From: an uncultured Phycisphaerales bacterium
GTDB taxonomy: Bacteria > Planctomycetota > Phycisphaerae > Tepidisphaerales > Tepidisphaeraceae
Length of the DNA stretch: 64,000 nt
Assembly: GCA_963758525.1 (NCBI GenBank)
Contig: CAVWVQ010000005.1
Span: 298,471-362,470 of the forward strand
Reading direction: 5' to 3'
A program made the position numbers and the translations under genes. Within the stretch, counting starts at the first letter, position 1. Each line of letters starts with the position of its first letter. Shown here one piece after another: positions 43,248 through 52,368 of the stretch. The notes under the pieces are model-generated. The model saw only the letters and a program-made list of their open reading frames with translations, searched no databases and was not told the DNA's origin.

Positions 43248-44201
43248 CTATGCAATCTTCTCGGCAACGCGGAGCTTGGCGGAGCGGGAGCGGGGATTGC
43301 GGTCGGATTCGAGCGGCGAAGGAGTGACGGGCTTTTTGGTAAGCACCTTCATCTGCCCGGTCTGCTCCGCCGACCGAAATGCCTGCTTGACCATCCGATC
43401 CTCCGTCGATTGAAAACTGATCACCGCCGCGCGTCCCCCGGTTCGCAACAGCGATGGTCCTGCCTTCAGCAGGGCCGCGAGGTTCTCACGTTCCCGGTTT
43501 ACTGCCATGCGCAGGGCCAGAAACGTGCGGGTTGCCGGATCAATTCTCTGCGGGGCTCCGCCCCGCGCCGGTATTGCCGAGCGAACCAGCTCGGCTAACC
43601 GATCTGTAGTCGTAATCGGCGAGATGGCGCGGGCCTGTCCAATCTTTCTGGCGATTCTGCGTGAATAACGCTCCTGTGCCAGTTCATATAGGACGTTGGC
43701 CAAATCTGTCTCGGAGAGAAAATTCACCAGATCGGCGGCGGATTTTTCGGTCCGCGAGTCGATGCGCATGTCCAACGGCATGGGCTGGCGGAACGACATC
43801 CCATATTCCGTTTCGAAGAGCTGGTTGGTGCTGATCCCCAAGTCTGCAAGAAATCCATCCAGCGCTTCGACGCCTGCGGCGGAGACGACATCCGGCAGTT
43901 CCGAAAAGTTGGCGTGAAAGAAACGGACCTGGCAGGGGGCGTCGCGGAGCCGGTCGCGGGCAAATTGCAGATTTCGCGCATCGGCGTCGATACAGAGCAG
44001 GGTGCCATTGGGCGCCAGCTGCCGTGCAAGGAGGAGCGAATGCCCGCCTCGGCCGGTGGTGCAGTCGGCGAAAATTTGACCGGGACGCGGGGCGGTCAGT
44101 TCGATCACTTCGCCGGCAAGCACCGGCTCGTGACCGTGCGGCGCCGCTTTGCTTTCAACGGTGAAAGGATTTTCGTTGTAATTATCGTTATCGTCTGCCA
44201 T
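43248..44201 (-). CDS. rsmH: 16S rRNA m4C1402 methyltransferase
   Basis: HEPVL, DCTTGRGGHS, ADLGISTNQL, PLDMR, PATRTFLALRMAVNRE, ISFQSTEDRMVK, NPRSRSAKLR. Confidence 0.96.
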   Translation of the reverse strand: MADDNDNYNENPFTVESKAAPHGHEPVLAGEVIELTAPRPGQIFADCTTGRGGHSLLLARQLAPNGTLLCIDADARNLQFARDRLRDAPCQVRFFHANFSELPDVVSAAGVEALDGFLADLGISTNQLFETEYGMSFRQPMPLDMRIDSRTEKSAADLVNFLSETDLANVLYELAQERYSRRIARKIGQARAISPITTTDRLAELVRSAIPARGGAPQRIDPATRTFLALRMAVNRERENLAALLKAGPSLLRTGGRAAVISFQSTEDRMVKQAFRSAEQTGQMKVLTKKPVTPSPLESDRNPRSRSAKLRVAEKIA

Positions 44202-44396
44202 AATGTGCGGGTTCGGTCGATGTTCGTGAGGCACTACACTCAGAAGACTGGTGGAGCGTTCCCAGACCTCCGCGATGGCAGCATTAGTGTAAGAGTAATC
44301 GACCGACGCTGACGTGAGCGTTTGCAATAGATGCGCCGGAGTGATCCGGCGCAACTGATGCCGCGGCACAATTGCTCGCGGCATAAACGCAGAGCC

Positions 44397-44860
44397 GGGG
44401 CTCCGCCCCCAAGCGATCTCCCAGGATCGAAAGGCCCCATCCGTGGGGCGACTCCACGTGCACAAATGCCGAGGCGCGATCCGTCGCGCTTTAAACCACC
44501 GCAAGCCTGCCTTGGCTTTGCGTGCGCGGTTCCCGCTGGACGAAGCTGCGCGATCCATCGCGCGAGCTTCGTCAGCGGGCGCCAGGCGGTTTCGCGTGTG
44601 ACCAGGGGCGGCTTCACAACCCAAACGCCGCTCCACGCCGCACTTTCCGCATGACCACTGCCGCATCCTTGCGGCATCACCGTTCCCCCAGCCTGCGATC
44701 CGGCATCCATGCCTTTCGCCCGGCGAGGTTGACGGGCGAGGCATCCTGCCAGCGGCCCGTCACCGGTGGATCATTCGGCAGAAACCTTTGCCGACCAATC
44801 CGTTCAATTGTTGAAGCCTGCCTTCCCTGGAAGTGGCTTCGACGGCAATCCTTCGCCGTC
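44397..44860 (-). ncRNA. Candidate structured RNA with multiple GGA-loop hairpins (CsrB/RsmZ-like architecture) in the mraZ-rsmH spacer
   Basis: At least eight stem-loops with GGA in the minus-strand loop, e.g. TGCCGCA-AGGA-TGCGGCA (44659-44676), GCCCCA-CGGA-TGGGGC (44434-44449), GCGCGA-CGGA-TCGCGC (44474-44489); boundaries approximate. Confidence 0.55.
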
Positions 44861-44896
44861 TCCTGAATGTCGTCCCACTGCCGCGGCCACGCCCGG

Positions 44897-45379
44897 TTAC
44901 GAAATGCTTGAATCCGGGTTCGCGGGTCCGCTGCCTTTTCTCTTCTGATCCATTATTTCTTTACGTCTCTCATGCAGGTCGTCCAGGTGCGCGTTCCAGT
45001 CTGCTCGATTCCAAATCTCGCAATGATCTCGCGAGCCAATCACCGTCACCGCACTCTCCGTTCCAGTTCGTTTCCTCAACGTCTCGGGAAGCAAGACCCG
45101 GCACTGTTTGTCAACCGCGACCAAATGAGCCGTCGGAAAATTAAGATGGTCGAAATCGAGCGCGGCATCCGCAGCCAATAGCGCGGGTGTCTCCTGCTTG
45201 ACGAGCTGCTCGTAGTACTTCTCGGGGTAGAGCCAGATTTTGTTATTTTGCCCGAGGATGACAAAGAGGTTGGCCTCCCGCTCCGGCACAATCGAATTGC
45301 GGATGGCAGAGGGAATGAGCATGCGGCTCTTTTCGTCAAGGCTGATGTCATAGGATCCAAAAAGTAAGCCGTAGGTCAC
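44897..45379 (-). CDS. mraZ: Division/cell wall cluster transcriptional regulator MraZ
   Basis: FGSYDISLDEKSRMLIP and VDKQCRVLLP (two DxxxR SpoVT/AbrB repeats), IGSRDHCEIW; upstream of rsmH. Confidence 0.9.
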   Translation of the reverse strand: MTYGLLFGSYDISLDEKSRMLIPSAIRNSIVPEREANLFVILGQNNKIWLYPEKYYEQLVKQETPALLAADAALDFDHLNFPTAHLVAVDKQCRVLLPETLRKRTGTESAVTVIGSRDHCEIWNRADWNAHLDDLHERRKEIMDQKRKGSGPANPDSSIS

Positions 45380-45406
45380 TGGGTTTCCGGTTGCCCTTCA
45401 TCGACC

Positions 45407-45431
45407 AGCACTTTTTACCACAGAGACCCAC
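45407..45431 (-). promoter_or_regulatory. Putative MraZ-binding repeats
   Basis: Minus strand GTGGG-tctct-GTGGT-aaaaa-GTGCT, exact 10-bp period, about 30-50 nt upstream of mraZ. Confidence 0.6.
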
Positions 45432-45518
45432 CGAAGCTAGAAAAAAATCGTGAGCTTCGAGAAAAACTTTAAAATCGGCTGAAACCAGCTGCGATTGAGG
45501 CTGAAGAGGTGGAGAAGC

Positions 45519-45527
45519 TGTGGATAA
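45519..45527. promoter_or_regulatory. Perfect DnaA box upstream of mraZ
   Basis: TGTGGATAA (= TTATCCACA); a two-mismatch copy GGTGGAGAA lies at 45508-45516. Confidence 0.5.
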
Positions 45528-45543
45528 GTTGGCGACAAGCATC

Positions 45544-46188
45544 TCACATCCATCGGGTCGAGTGCCGTCTGGCTCGTGATGCGCGAAATATAGCGAAAAT
45601 AGCGAAGGAAGCAATTGGGGGAAGAAGTGGAGTGAAAAATCTAAAATTCGGCCCATCGGTGGCGATTTGAATCGCGTTCGTCATGGGGCCGGCAACAACT
45701 TGGGGCAGCGGACCGGCGATTTGCAGAAATTCCAATCGCAAATAAACCAGCAAGCCTCCCCCAATGGACCACACGATCGCGATTACCCAGGAAATACTTC
45801 TCGTTGGCCGCGAGCGGAACGCCGACGCCGCCATGGCAACCGCAACGAGCCACAGATCGGCGTCAATTTCTCCGCGCACGGTCGCGCCCAATGGAGCCGA
45901 GCTGAGGGTCCCCGCGATCAGCGCGATTGGCCACCCCGCAAGTACCGCCATGGCCGCCTTTGTCCAGTCCTCCAGAACGGGCAGCACCGCGGCGGCGGTT
46001 GCAATCTGCACCGCGAGCATCAGCGCCAGCGCCAGCGATTCGCCCGCAGGCGGGAATCGCGCCCAAAGTGGAACGCGAAACGCCGCGAGCGCCACCGCCG
46101 CTAGTTGAGGAGCGAGCCATCCCGCCAGAAAAGCGGATCGGGCAGCAATCTGAGAATCGGAATTGCGATCGGGGGAAGCGAGGTCCAT
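45544..46188 (-). CDS. Hypothetical integral membrane protein
   Basis: 214-aa ORF with several hydrophobic segments, co-oriented between ftsQ and mraZ. Confidence 0.55.
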   Translation of the reverse strand: MDLASPDRNSDSQIAARSAFLAGWLAPQLAAVALAAFRVPLWARFPPAGESLALALMLAVQIATAAAVLPVLEDWTKAAMAVLAGWPIALIAGTLSSAPLGATVRGEIDADLWLVAVAMAASAFRSRPTRSISWVIAIVWSIGGGLLVYLRLEFLQIAGPLPQVVAGPMTNAIQIATDGPNFRFFTPLLPPIASFAIFAIFRASRARRHSTRWM

Positions 46189-46252
46189 CGGCGTCGATGA
46201 ATGTTACCGCCGATTGTCCAAGCTGGCGCTGACTGAATCTAACTGGCTGGGT

Positions 46253-47184
46253 CTAACCGCGGGCCGCCAGGGGTGTGGGATATCGTACACCTTCAAACCG
46301 CAGGTCAATCCACGGCTGGCGCATGTCAACGCGCCCGAATTTCTCGTATACCTCTTTCAGCTCCGCAAGCTTTCGCTCCGGCCGAACTTCGATGAATGCG
46401 TCCCGGTCGCTGCGGCGCGCCCCCACAGAATGCTCGTTCCGTAGCGTGTCATCAGTGCGATCTGAGTGGCGTCATGATTCAGCCGGCCGCCAAAGTTCGC
46501 GACGTCGATCTTGACGATGTCCTCCGTGTAAGCGCGATTGAACAACACTGCCGCCATCTCCAGCCCCGCGGCAAGATCAGCTCCGTCCCATTTCTTTCCC
46601 GCCTCAGGCGGCGGCGTGCGCACCCCGTCGATAATCCGCAGGTTGATTCGGCCGTCCGCTCCCACCACTTCTCCCGGCATCTTCGCGGCCGAATATTGCT
46701 CGGGAAGCTTGCAGGCGTCGCGATCAACCAGCCAGTAGTATTGCCCCCACCGCACCCACGCCGCCGGGACCCGGAAATCACAGTCGAGTTCCAGCGTATC
46801 GCCGGGCTGATTCGTATAAGCGCGACGAACTTCGTTGACTTGGGCGATCCACGGATCGGCTTCGAGCGCCTTGCGCGTGTCCTGCAGCATCTGACGATCA
46901 AACGCGGAATGGGCTCCCTTGGGGCGAGCCACGTCCGCTATCTGTTCGACGACGTTGTCGCTCATCCATTGCGGGCGATTCTTGATGACCACAATCATCG
47001 AATCGGAAGTAATCGCGATGTCTCGCTCGACGTGTAGTTTCAAACGATCCAGCCCGAACGCAGCGCCCCCCAGCAGGATGATCGCCAGCAGCATCTGCGC
47101 GAAAACACGCCGCACCTTCGCGGCGGTCTGCGCGGTCTTGGCGTTCCCCTTGGCGGGGGACTTAGGCTTACTATTCTGCGCCAT
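46253..47184 (-). CDS. ftsQ: FtsQ/DivIB-like protein; apparent indel near 46415
   Basis: Basic N-terminus and single TM, POTRA-like LEADPWIAQVNEVRR, then RVPAAWV..YWLVD; shifted frame ends ..WIDLRFEGV..; directly follows ddl. Confidence 0.65.
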
Positions 47185-47523
47185 CAATTTATTTATCGGA
47201 CGGAAGGGGGGAGAACAGTAGGGGAGATCAATTCAGCCAAATCATCTTGGTGTCTGGTCTGGCTTCGGCGAGTGAGCGATGGATCTCAGCGACTCATGAG
47301 CGCGGTATTCAGCACCTCGTTTGTCATTGCAGAGAGCTGCGTTAGACTTTTCCCCGCACAGGCAGCGGCGACATCGCCGAGCGGTGTGCTGGAGTCATGG
47401 AGGCGGCCGCGCATCAGACACAGCCAAGCCAAGTAAAATCGTCCGGAAGATGTGGAGCACCGGGCACGCATTTGCGCGAAATCGGCATGCGATCGCCGGG
47501 GTTTGATGGACTCATGTGGGGTC

Positions 47524-48434
47524 CTATGCCGCCGCGCGTTTCCGCTGATACGCTCTTCGCACCAGCAGATCGACTAGTGCCCCAAACTCAATGCCAGCAT
47601 GCTTGGCTGCTTCGGGCAGCAGACTCTTTGGCGTGAATCCGGGAAGCGTGTTGATCTCCAGCAAAAACGGGTTGTGCTGCTTGTCCAGCATGATGTCGAC
47701 CCGGGCCAGATCGCGTGCGCCGACTACCTCGTTCGCTTGGCGCACCAATTCCTGGCAGCGCTTCACGACAGCGTCCGGCAGACCGGTGTCGAAACGATGC
47801 TCGGTATCGCTGGCCTTGTACTTCGCTTCGAAGTCGAAAAACTCTCGCTTGGGCACAATGCGGATGGGGGCGAGCGGTCGTTCCTCCAGGAGGCCGACGG
47901 TCAGTTCGACGCCATCAATGAACTGTTCGACGAGAACCGCATCATGCTTGGCAAGCAACTGTTTGATCGCCGCTTGCCCTGCGCCGGTTGCTCCGCAGGA
48001 GATTTGCAGAGAATCACGTCGATGCTGCTGCCGCTGCTGATCGCCTTGACGACGCATGACGTGGGCGCGTCGGGGAGAACGTCTCCGCGTTTCACGACAC
48101 GGTAGGCCGGCGTCGGCAAATTTGCAGTTACCCAGGCGCGTTTCGTGTCGACCTTGTTCATTCCCAGCCGCGAGGCTGCACTTCCGCTGCCGACGAAGGG
48201 AATCCCGTGTTGCTCGAGGATCTCCTGCAGTTCCCCGCTCTCGCCAAACTGTCCGTGCAGCACCGGAAACACGACGTCGGCAGGGTGATCGAGTCCAGAA
48301 AGGTCACCTGGGGAGACGTCGCTGCCGAAGACGGTGTGTCCCATCGATCGCAATCCGTCGATGACCGCTTTCCCACTGACGAGGCTGACTTCACGTTCAA
48401 CGCTGGGGCCGCCGTAGAGGACGGTGACGTTCAT
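47524..48434 (-). CDS. ddl: D-alanine--D-alanine ligase; apparent indel near 47975
   Basis: VLYGGPSVEREVSLVSG, FPVLHGQFGESG, GSSIDV, EQFIDG.ELTV, DFEAKY, ARVD, LEINTLPGFT. Confidence 0.93.
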
Positions 48435-48456
48435 TGGCGATTCCTTTCGCTTCAAT

Positions 48457-48572
48457 CTTTCTCCCGGTACTCCGGGAGAGTGCTGGGGTCAGGGTGATTT
48501 CGGATGTCGCGCGCCGCTGAGACCTGGAAATCACCCTTGCCCCAACCTTCTCCCCGACTACGGGAGCGGGGG
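48457..48572. repeat. Composite palindromic REP-like element between murB and ddl
   Basis: CTTTCTCCCGG-TACT-CCGGGAGAG hairpin, inner inverted pair AGGGTGATTTC/GAAATCACCCT, second degenerate CTCCC..GGGAG hairpin. Confidence 0.7.
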
Positions 48573-48593
48573 TGAAGAGGGAACAGACGTACT

Positions 48594-49508
48594 TCACGGC
48601 CAGATGCGCACTTCCGTTTCCAGATGCACCTGCTGCTTGTCGTACACTTTCTCCTGCACGATCTTGATCAGTTTCAGCACGTCATCTGACGTGCAGCCGG
48701 GATGCGCCACGATAAAGTTGGCATGCTTGGCGCTGACTTCCGCGCCGCCCACCCGCAAGCCCTTCAGCGCCGCCTGGTCGATCAGAGCACCGGCGCTGAG
48801 TCCGCGCGGATTCTTGAAGATGCACCCGGCATTTTTCGTGTTGAGCGGCTGGGTGTTGCGCTTGAACATCCAGATCTGCTTGGTCCGCTCCATGATCGTG
48901 CGCGGCTCTTCCTCTTCGAGCTCGAGCGTTGCGCCGAGAATGAACGGCGCGGTGATGTTCGTCGAGCGATAATCGAACACCAGGTCATCCTTCATGCGCT
49001 CGAAAATGACACCGGCCGAGTCCATCACCTGCACGCGGGACACCACCGCGCCCAGGTCGCCGAATTTTCCGCCGGCATTCATGCGCACGCCGCCGCCGAG
49101 CGTTCCGGGAATCCCCGCCAGGCACTCGATTCCCGCCAGTCCCTGCCGCACGGTGCGAAGCAGCAGCTTTTGCATGTCCACGCCGGCGCCTGCCTCGACC
49201 ATGTTTCTGTCGTATCGGACGCGGCGCCAATGTTCCGCGTCGAGCCGGAAGACGGCTCCATCGACGCCGTTGTCGCTCACCAGCAGATTCGCGCCCAGCC
49301 CCAGCACGTAAAAGCGAATCCCTTCCTCGCTGCAGCGCTGCGCCGCCTGCTGCAGTTCTTCAGGAGTGCGCGGCTGCAGGAACCAGCGCGCGGGCCCGCC
49401 GATGCGGTACCAGGTATGGGGAGCCAGCGTCTCGTTTTCCTTGACGATCTCCTCGAGCCCCGCGAACGGGTTGGGTCGTGCCAGGCGCATGCTCATCGTG
49501 GTGCTCAT
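48594..49508 (-). CDS. murB: UDP-N-acetylenolpyruvoylglucosamine reductase
   Basis: TWYRIGGPA, GLGANLLVSD, GIPGTLGG..MNAG, FDYRS, AGCIFKNP, SAKHANFIV, LETEV. Confidence 0.95.
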   Translation of the reverse strand: MSTTMSMRLARPNPFAGLEEIVKENETLAPHTWYRIGGPARWFLQPRTPEELQQAAQRCSEEGIRFYVLGLGANLLVSDNGVDGAVFRLDAEHWRRVRYDRNMVEAGAGVDMQKLLLRTVRQGLAGIECLAGIPGTLGGGVRMNAGGKFGDLGAVVSRVQVMDSAGVIFERMKDDLVFDYRSTNITAPFILGATLELEEEEPRTIMERTKQIWMFKRNTQPLNTKNAGCIFKNPRGLSAGALIDQAALKGLRVGGAEVSAKHANFIVAHPGCTSDDVLKLIKIVQEKVYDKQQVHLETEVRIWP

Positions 49509-49512
49509 CGGA

Positions 49513-50940
49513 TCACGGTTCGTGGATCAGGCTGTGCCCGATTTCCCATACGTTGCCAGCACCCATCGTCACAATCAAGTCGCCCGCCTCGGCGGCCGCT
49601 TTGAGATACGACGTGATCTGATCGAAGTGCGAGAGATACCGCGCTCGCTGCCCATTTTGCACGATTCGATCGACCAGGTCGATGGCGCTGACTCGGCCGC
49701 GCTCCAACTCGCTGTCGCGCACAAAATAAATGTCGGGAACGATCACCTCGTCGGCCTCGGCGAAGCTCGACGCAAAGTCCTCCAGCAGAAACCGCGTCCG
49801 GCTGTGCTGATGCGGCTGAAACACGCAGAACAGGCGTTTGGGCCGGTAGCGCCCGCGCAACGCCGCCAGCGTCGCGCGGATTTCCGTGGGGTGATGACCG
49901 TAATCGTCCACGACGACCGCGCCGTTGCGCCGTCCTACTTCGGTCATGCGCCGATCGACCCCCGCGAAATGCCGCATCGCTTCCGCCGCCGCCGCAGGCT
50001 CAGCCCCGCAGGCAACGCACGCGGCGACGGCCGCCGTCGCGTTAAAGAGATTGTGCAGGCCCGCCACGGAAAGCCGCAGCTCGCAGACGAACTCGCCATT
50101 GTAACGGAGTCGCCCGATATAGCAGCCGTGCTCCTCGCCCGTAACGTCCGTCCGCCAGACGGCATCGGCATCGAGCGCCACGGTTTGCAGCGGAGCCGAA
50201 GCGTCGCGCATTGCCTCGGCAACGTGCTCGTCGGCGCCATTCACAATCAGCACGCCGTCCCTGGGCACAAGTTGGGAGAACCAGCGGAAGGCCTCAATGA
50301 TCTCGTCGATGTCGTGGTAACAGTCGAGATGGTCCTCCTCGATGTTCGTGATGATCGCGACCTGTGGCCGCAGGTGATGGAAGCTGCGGTCAAACTCGCA
50401 CGCCTCGGCCACGAACAGCCGCGACGCGCCAGAATGGCTGCCGCCGCCCAACTGCGGAACGGTTCCGCCCACCACAAAGCTTGGGTCCATCCCCAGCCGC
50501 GTGAGGGCGAAGGCGACCATCGCCGTCGTCGTCGATTTCCCATGTGTGCCCGCGACCGCGACGCCGAACCGCTCCTGCATCACCTGCCCGAGCAGTTCCG
50601 CATACTTGACAGTCGTGAGCTGGAGCGATTGCGCGACCTGAAATTCGGCGTTGGAGTCGCTGATCGCCGCCGTCCGCACGACCAGATCGATCTCGCGCGA
50701 AAGCAGCGTTCCAGTCTGGTCGCGCGAGATGTGAGCGCCGCGTCTGCCCAGTTCCCGGCTGGTGGCGTTGGGGCGCAACTCCGTACCGCTCACCACCGCG
50801 CCGCTGTCGAGCAGCATCTGCGCCAGGCCGCTCATTCCGCTGCCGCCGATCCCGATGAAATGCACGCGCTGCCCCGCAAATCGGCTCAACGACCGCGAAT
50901 CCATTCGCAACCCAGCAGCAGCTTCCATGACGGACGGCAT
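49513..50940 (-). CDS. murC: UDP-N-acetylmuramate--L-alanine ligase
   Basis: HFIGIGGSGMSGLA, GTHGKSTTT, EACE, TNIEEDHLD, DDYGHHPTEI, FQPH..SRT, TMGAG. Confidence 0.95.
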   Translation of the reverse strand: MPSVMEAAAGLRMDSRSLSRFAGQRVHFIGIGGSGMSGLAQMLLDSGAVVSGTELRPNATSRELGRRGAHISRDQTGTLLSREIDLVVRTAAISDSNAEFQVAQSLQLTTVKYAELLGQVMQERFGVAVAGTHGKSTTTAMVAFALTRLGMDPSFVVGGTVPQLGGGSHSGASRLFVAEACEFDRSFHHLRPQVAIITNIEEDHLDCYHDIDEIIEAFRWFSQLVPRDGVLIVNGADEHVAEAMRDASAPLQTVALDADAVWRTDVTGEEHGCYIGRLRYNGEFVCELRLSVAGLHNLFNATAAVAACVACGAEPAAAAEAMRHFAGVDRRMTEVGRRNGAVVVDDYGHHPTEIRATLAALRGRYRPKRLFCVFQPHQHSRTRFLLEDFASSFAEADEVIVPDIYFVRDSELERGRVSAIDLVDRIVQNGQRARYLSHFDQITSYLKAAAEAGDLIVTMGAGNVWEIGHSLIHEP

Positions 50941-50974
50941 CGTACACCTCAGGGGTGAGAGATTAAAGAGAGCA

Positions 50975-51160
50975 GGGTCGGGAGGTCAGGAGTCAGAAGC
51001 CAGAAGCAACAAGCAGGCACGGAGGCACGGAGGCACGAAGGCACGAAGGCACGAAGGGGAGGACGCTGCGCGGCGGAGCATTTCATTTATCGTATACCCT
51101 TCCTTACCCTTCGTGCCTTCGTGCCTCCGTGCCTTTCCCCATCCGTGCCTATGTGCCTTC
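50975..51160. repeat. Inverted octamer-repeat element (AGGCACGA/AGGCACGG versus TCGTGCCT) with adjacent heptamers between murG and murC
   Basis: 51015-51058 is complementary to 51107-51134; the murG stop lies inside the right arm. Confidence 0.8.
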
Positions 51161-52281
51161 ATCCCTTGCCCCAACCATCTCCCCAACTACATCCGCGACG
51201 CGATCCGCGGCATCGGGTTTTCCGATGCGACGGGCGGCATCGGACATTTCACGCCGGCGAGCGCCGTCGTGCAGCAATCGCTCAACAACCGGCCGCAACT
51301 TCGCCGCGTTGCGCGCGGGATCTTTCTCATCTTTCACGCGGATCGCAGCGCCGGCTCCCGAGAGCACGTGGGCATTGAGCCGCTGATGCATGTCCTTATG
51401 AAACGGGTAGGGCATCAGCACCGACGGGATGCCGCACGCGGTCAACTCCGCGCAACTGCTCGCGCCCGCCCGGCTGATGGCCAGATCCGCCACCGCCCAG
51501 ACGTCGGCCATCGCGGGCGTGAAATCGATCACCCGCGCTCCAATTTCCGTCTCGCGATATGCACCGCGCACTGCGGCGGCGTGTTCGCGACCGGCCAGGT
51601 GCAACACCTGCCATCCGTCCAGCGTCATCCCCGAGAGCATCCTCACCGCGGCCTCGTTCACCGTCTGCGCTCCCAGCGAAGCGCCGGTAATCACCAGCGT
51701 CCGCAGCATCGGATCGAGGCTCAGCCGGCCGGCGGCTTCTTCCCGCGCAGGAAGGTGACGCAGTTCTTCGCGAATGGGGCAGCCGGTCATCCTGATCTTT
51801 GCACGATTGGCGGGGCTGATGAACTTGCTCGTCAATTCGAACTGGCAGCAGACCGCGAGCACCTTTGAGGTGAGAAATTGATTGGCCTTGCCGGGAATCA
51901 CGTCAGGGTTCAGCAGGGCACAAGGAATATTCCGAGAGGCCGCCATGCGGATTGCCGCTCCGGCCGCGAAGCCGCCCAGCCCGATCGCCGCGGTCACGCG
52001 CTCGCGCTTGAACATCGCGCGCAGCAGATCTTTCGTCTCGCGCCATGCCCGCCAGAATTTCAACAGACCGCTGACGCTCGTCGAAGGGGGGACAATCGGC
52101 TGCGCAATGTATTCAAATCCCGTCGGTCCGAGAATGACTTTGTCGATCTCGCGCTGTGTGCAGAGAAACAAAATGCGCAGATTCCCCATGCGCCGCGCAG
52201 CGCCTCGGCAACAGCTACGCCCGGGTACAAATGACCGCCGGTGCCTCCGCCGGCAAGCACGATAGTTTGAGATTCGGCCAT
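51149..52281 (-). CDS. murG: Lipid II GlcNAc transferase; apparent 1-nt deletion near 52190
   Basis: AGGGTGGHLYPG, GLGGFA, PGKAN, TGCPIR, GASLGA, DLAISRAGAS..E, PYP..HQ..NA. Confidence 0.93.
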
Positions 52282-52368
52282 TGAACGTCGAGTACAGCGT
52301 ATCCGCCTCTGGCGAATCCGACATCCACCGGGCGACTTTCCCGCTCTTCATCGGCCCCGCCGGTGGAT

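Noticed and set aside
44202..44744. 181-aa N-terminal extension of RsmH
   Set aside because: The frame is open but the peptide is R/A/G-rich without domain character, and RsmH motifs begin after the ATG at 44201; kept only as a caveat to the RNA hypothesis
44202..44896. The known actinobacterial mraW RNA motif
   Set aside because: Similar location, but as I recall that motif is actinobacterial with C-rich loops, whereas the sense-strand loops here are GGA; an Rfam scan is needed to exclude it formally
45508..45527. Replication origin
   Set aside because: Only one perfect DnaA box, no box cluster or AT-rich unwinding element, and no dnaA/dnaN nearby
47286..47515. Small gene between ddl and ftsQ
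   Set aside because: Only short ORFs with no recognisable motif or clear RBS; cannot be supported
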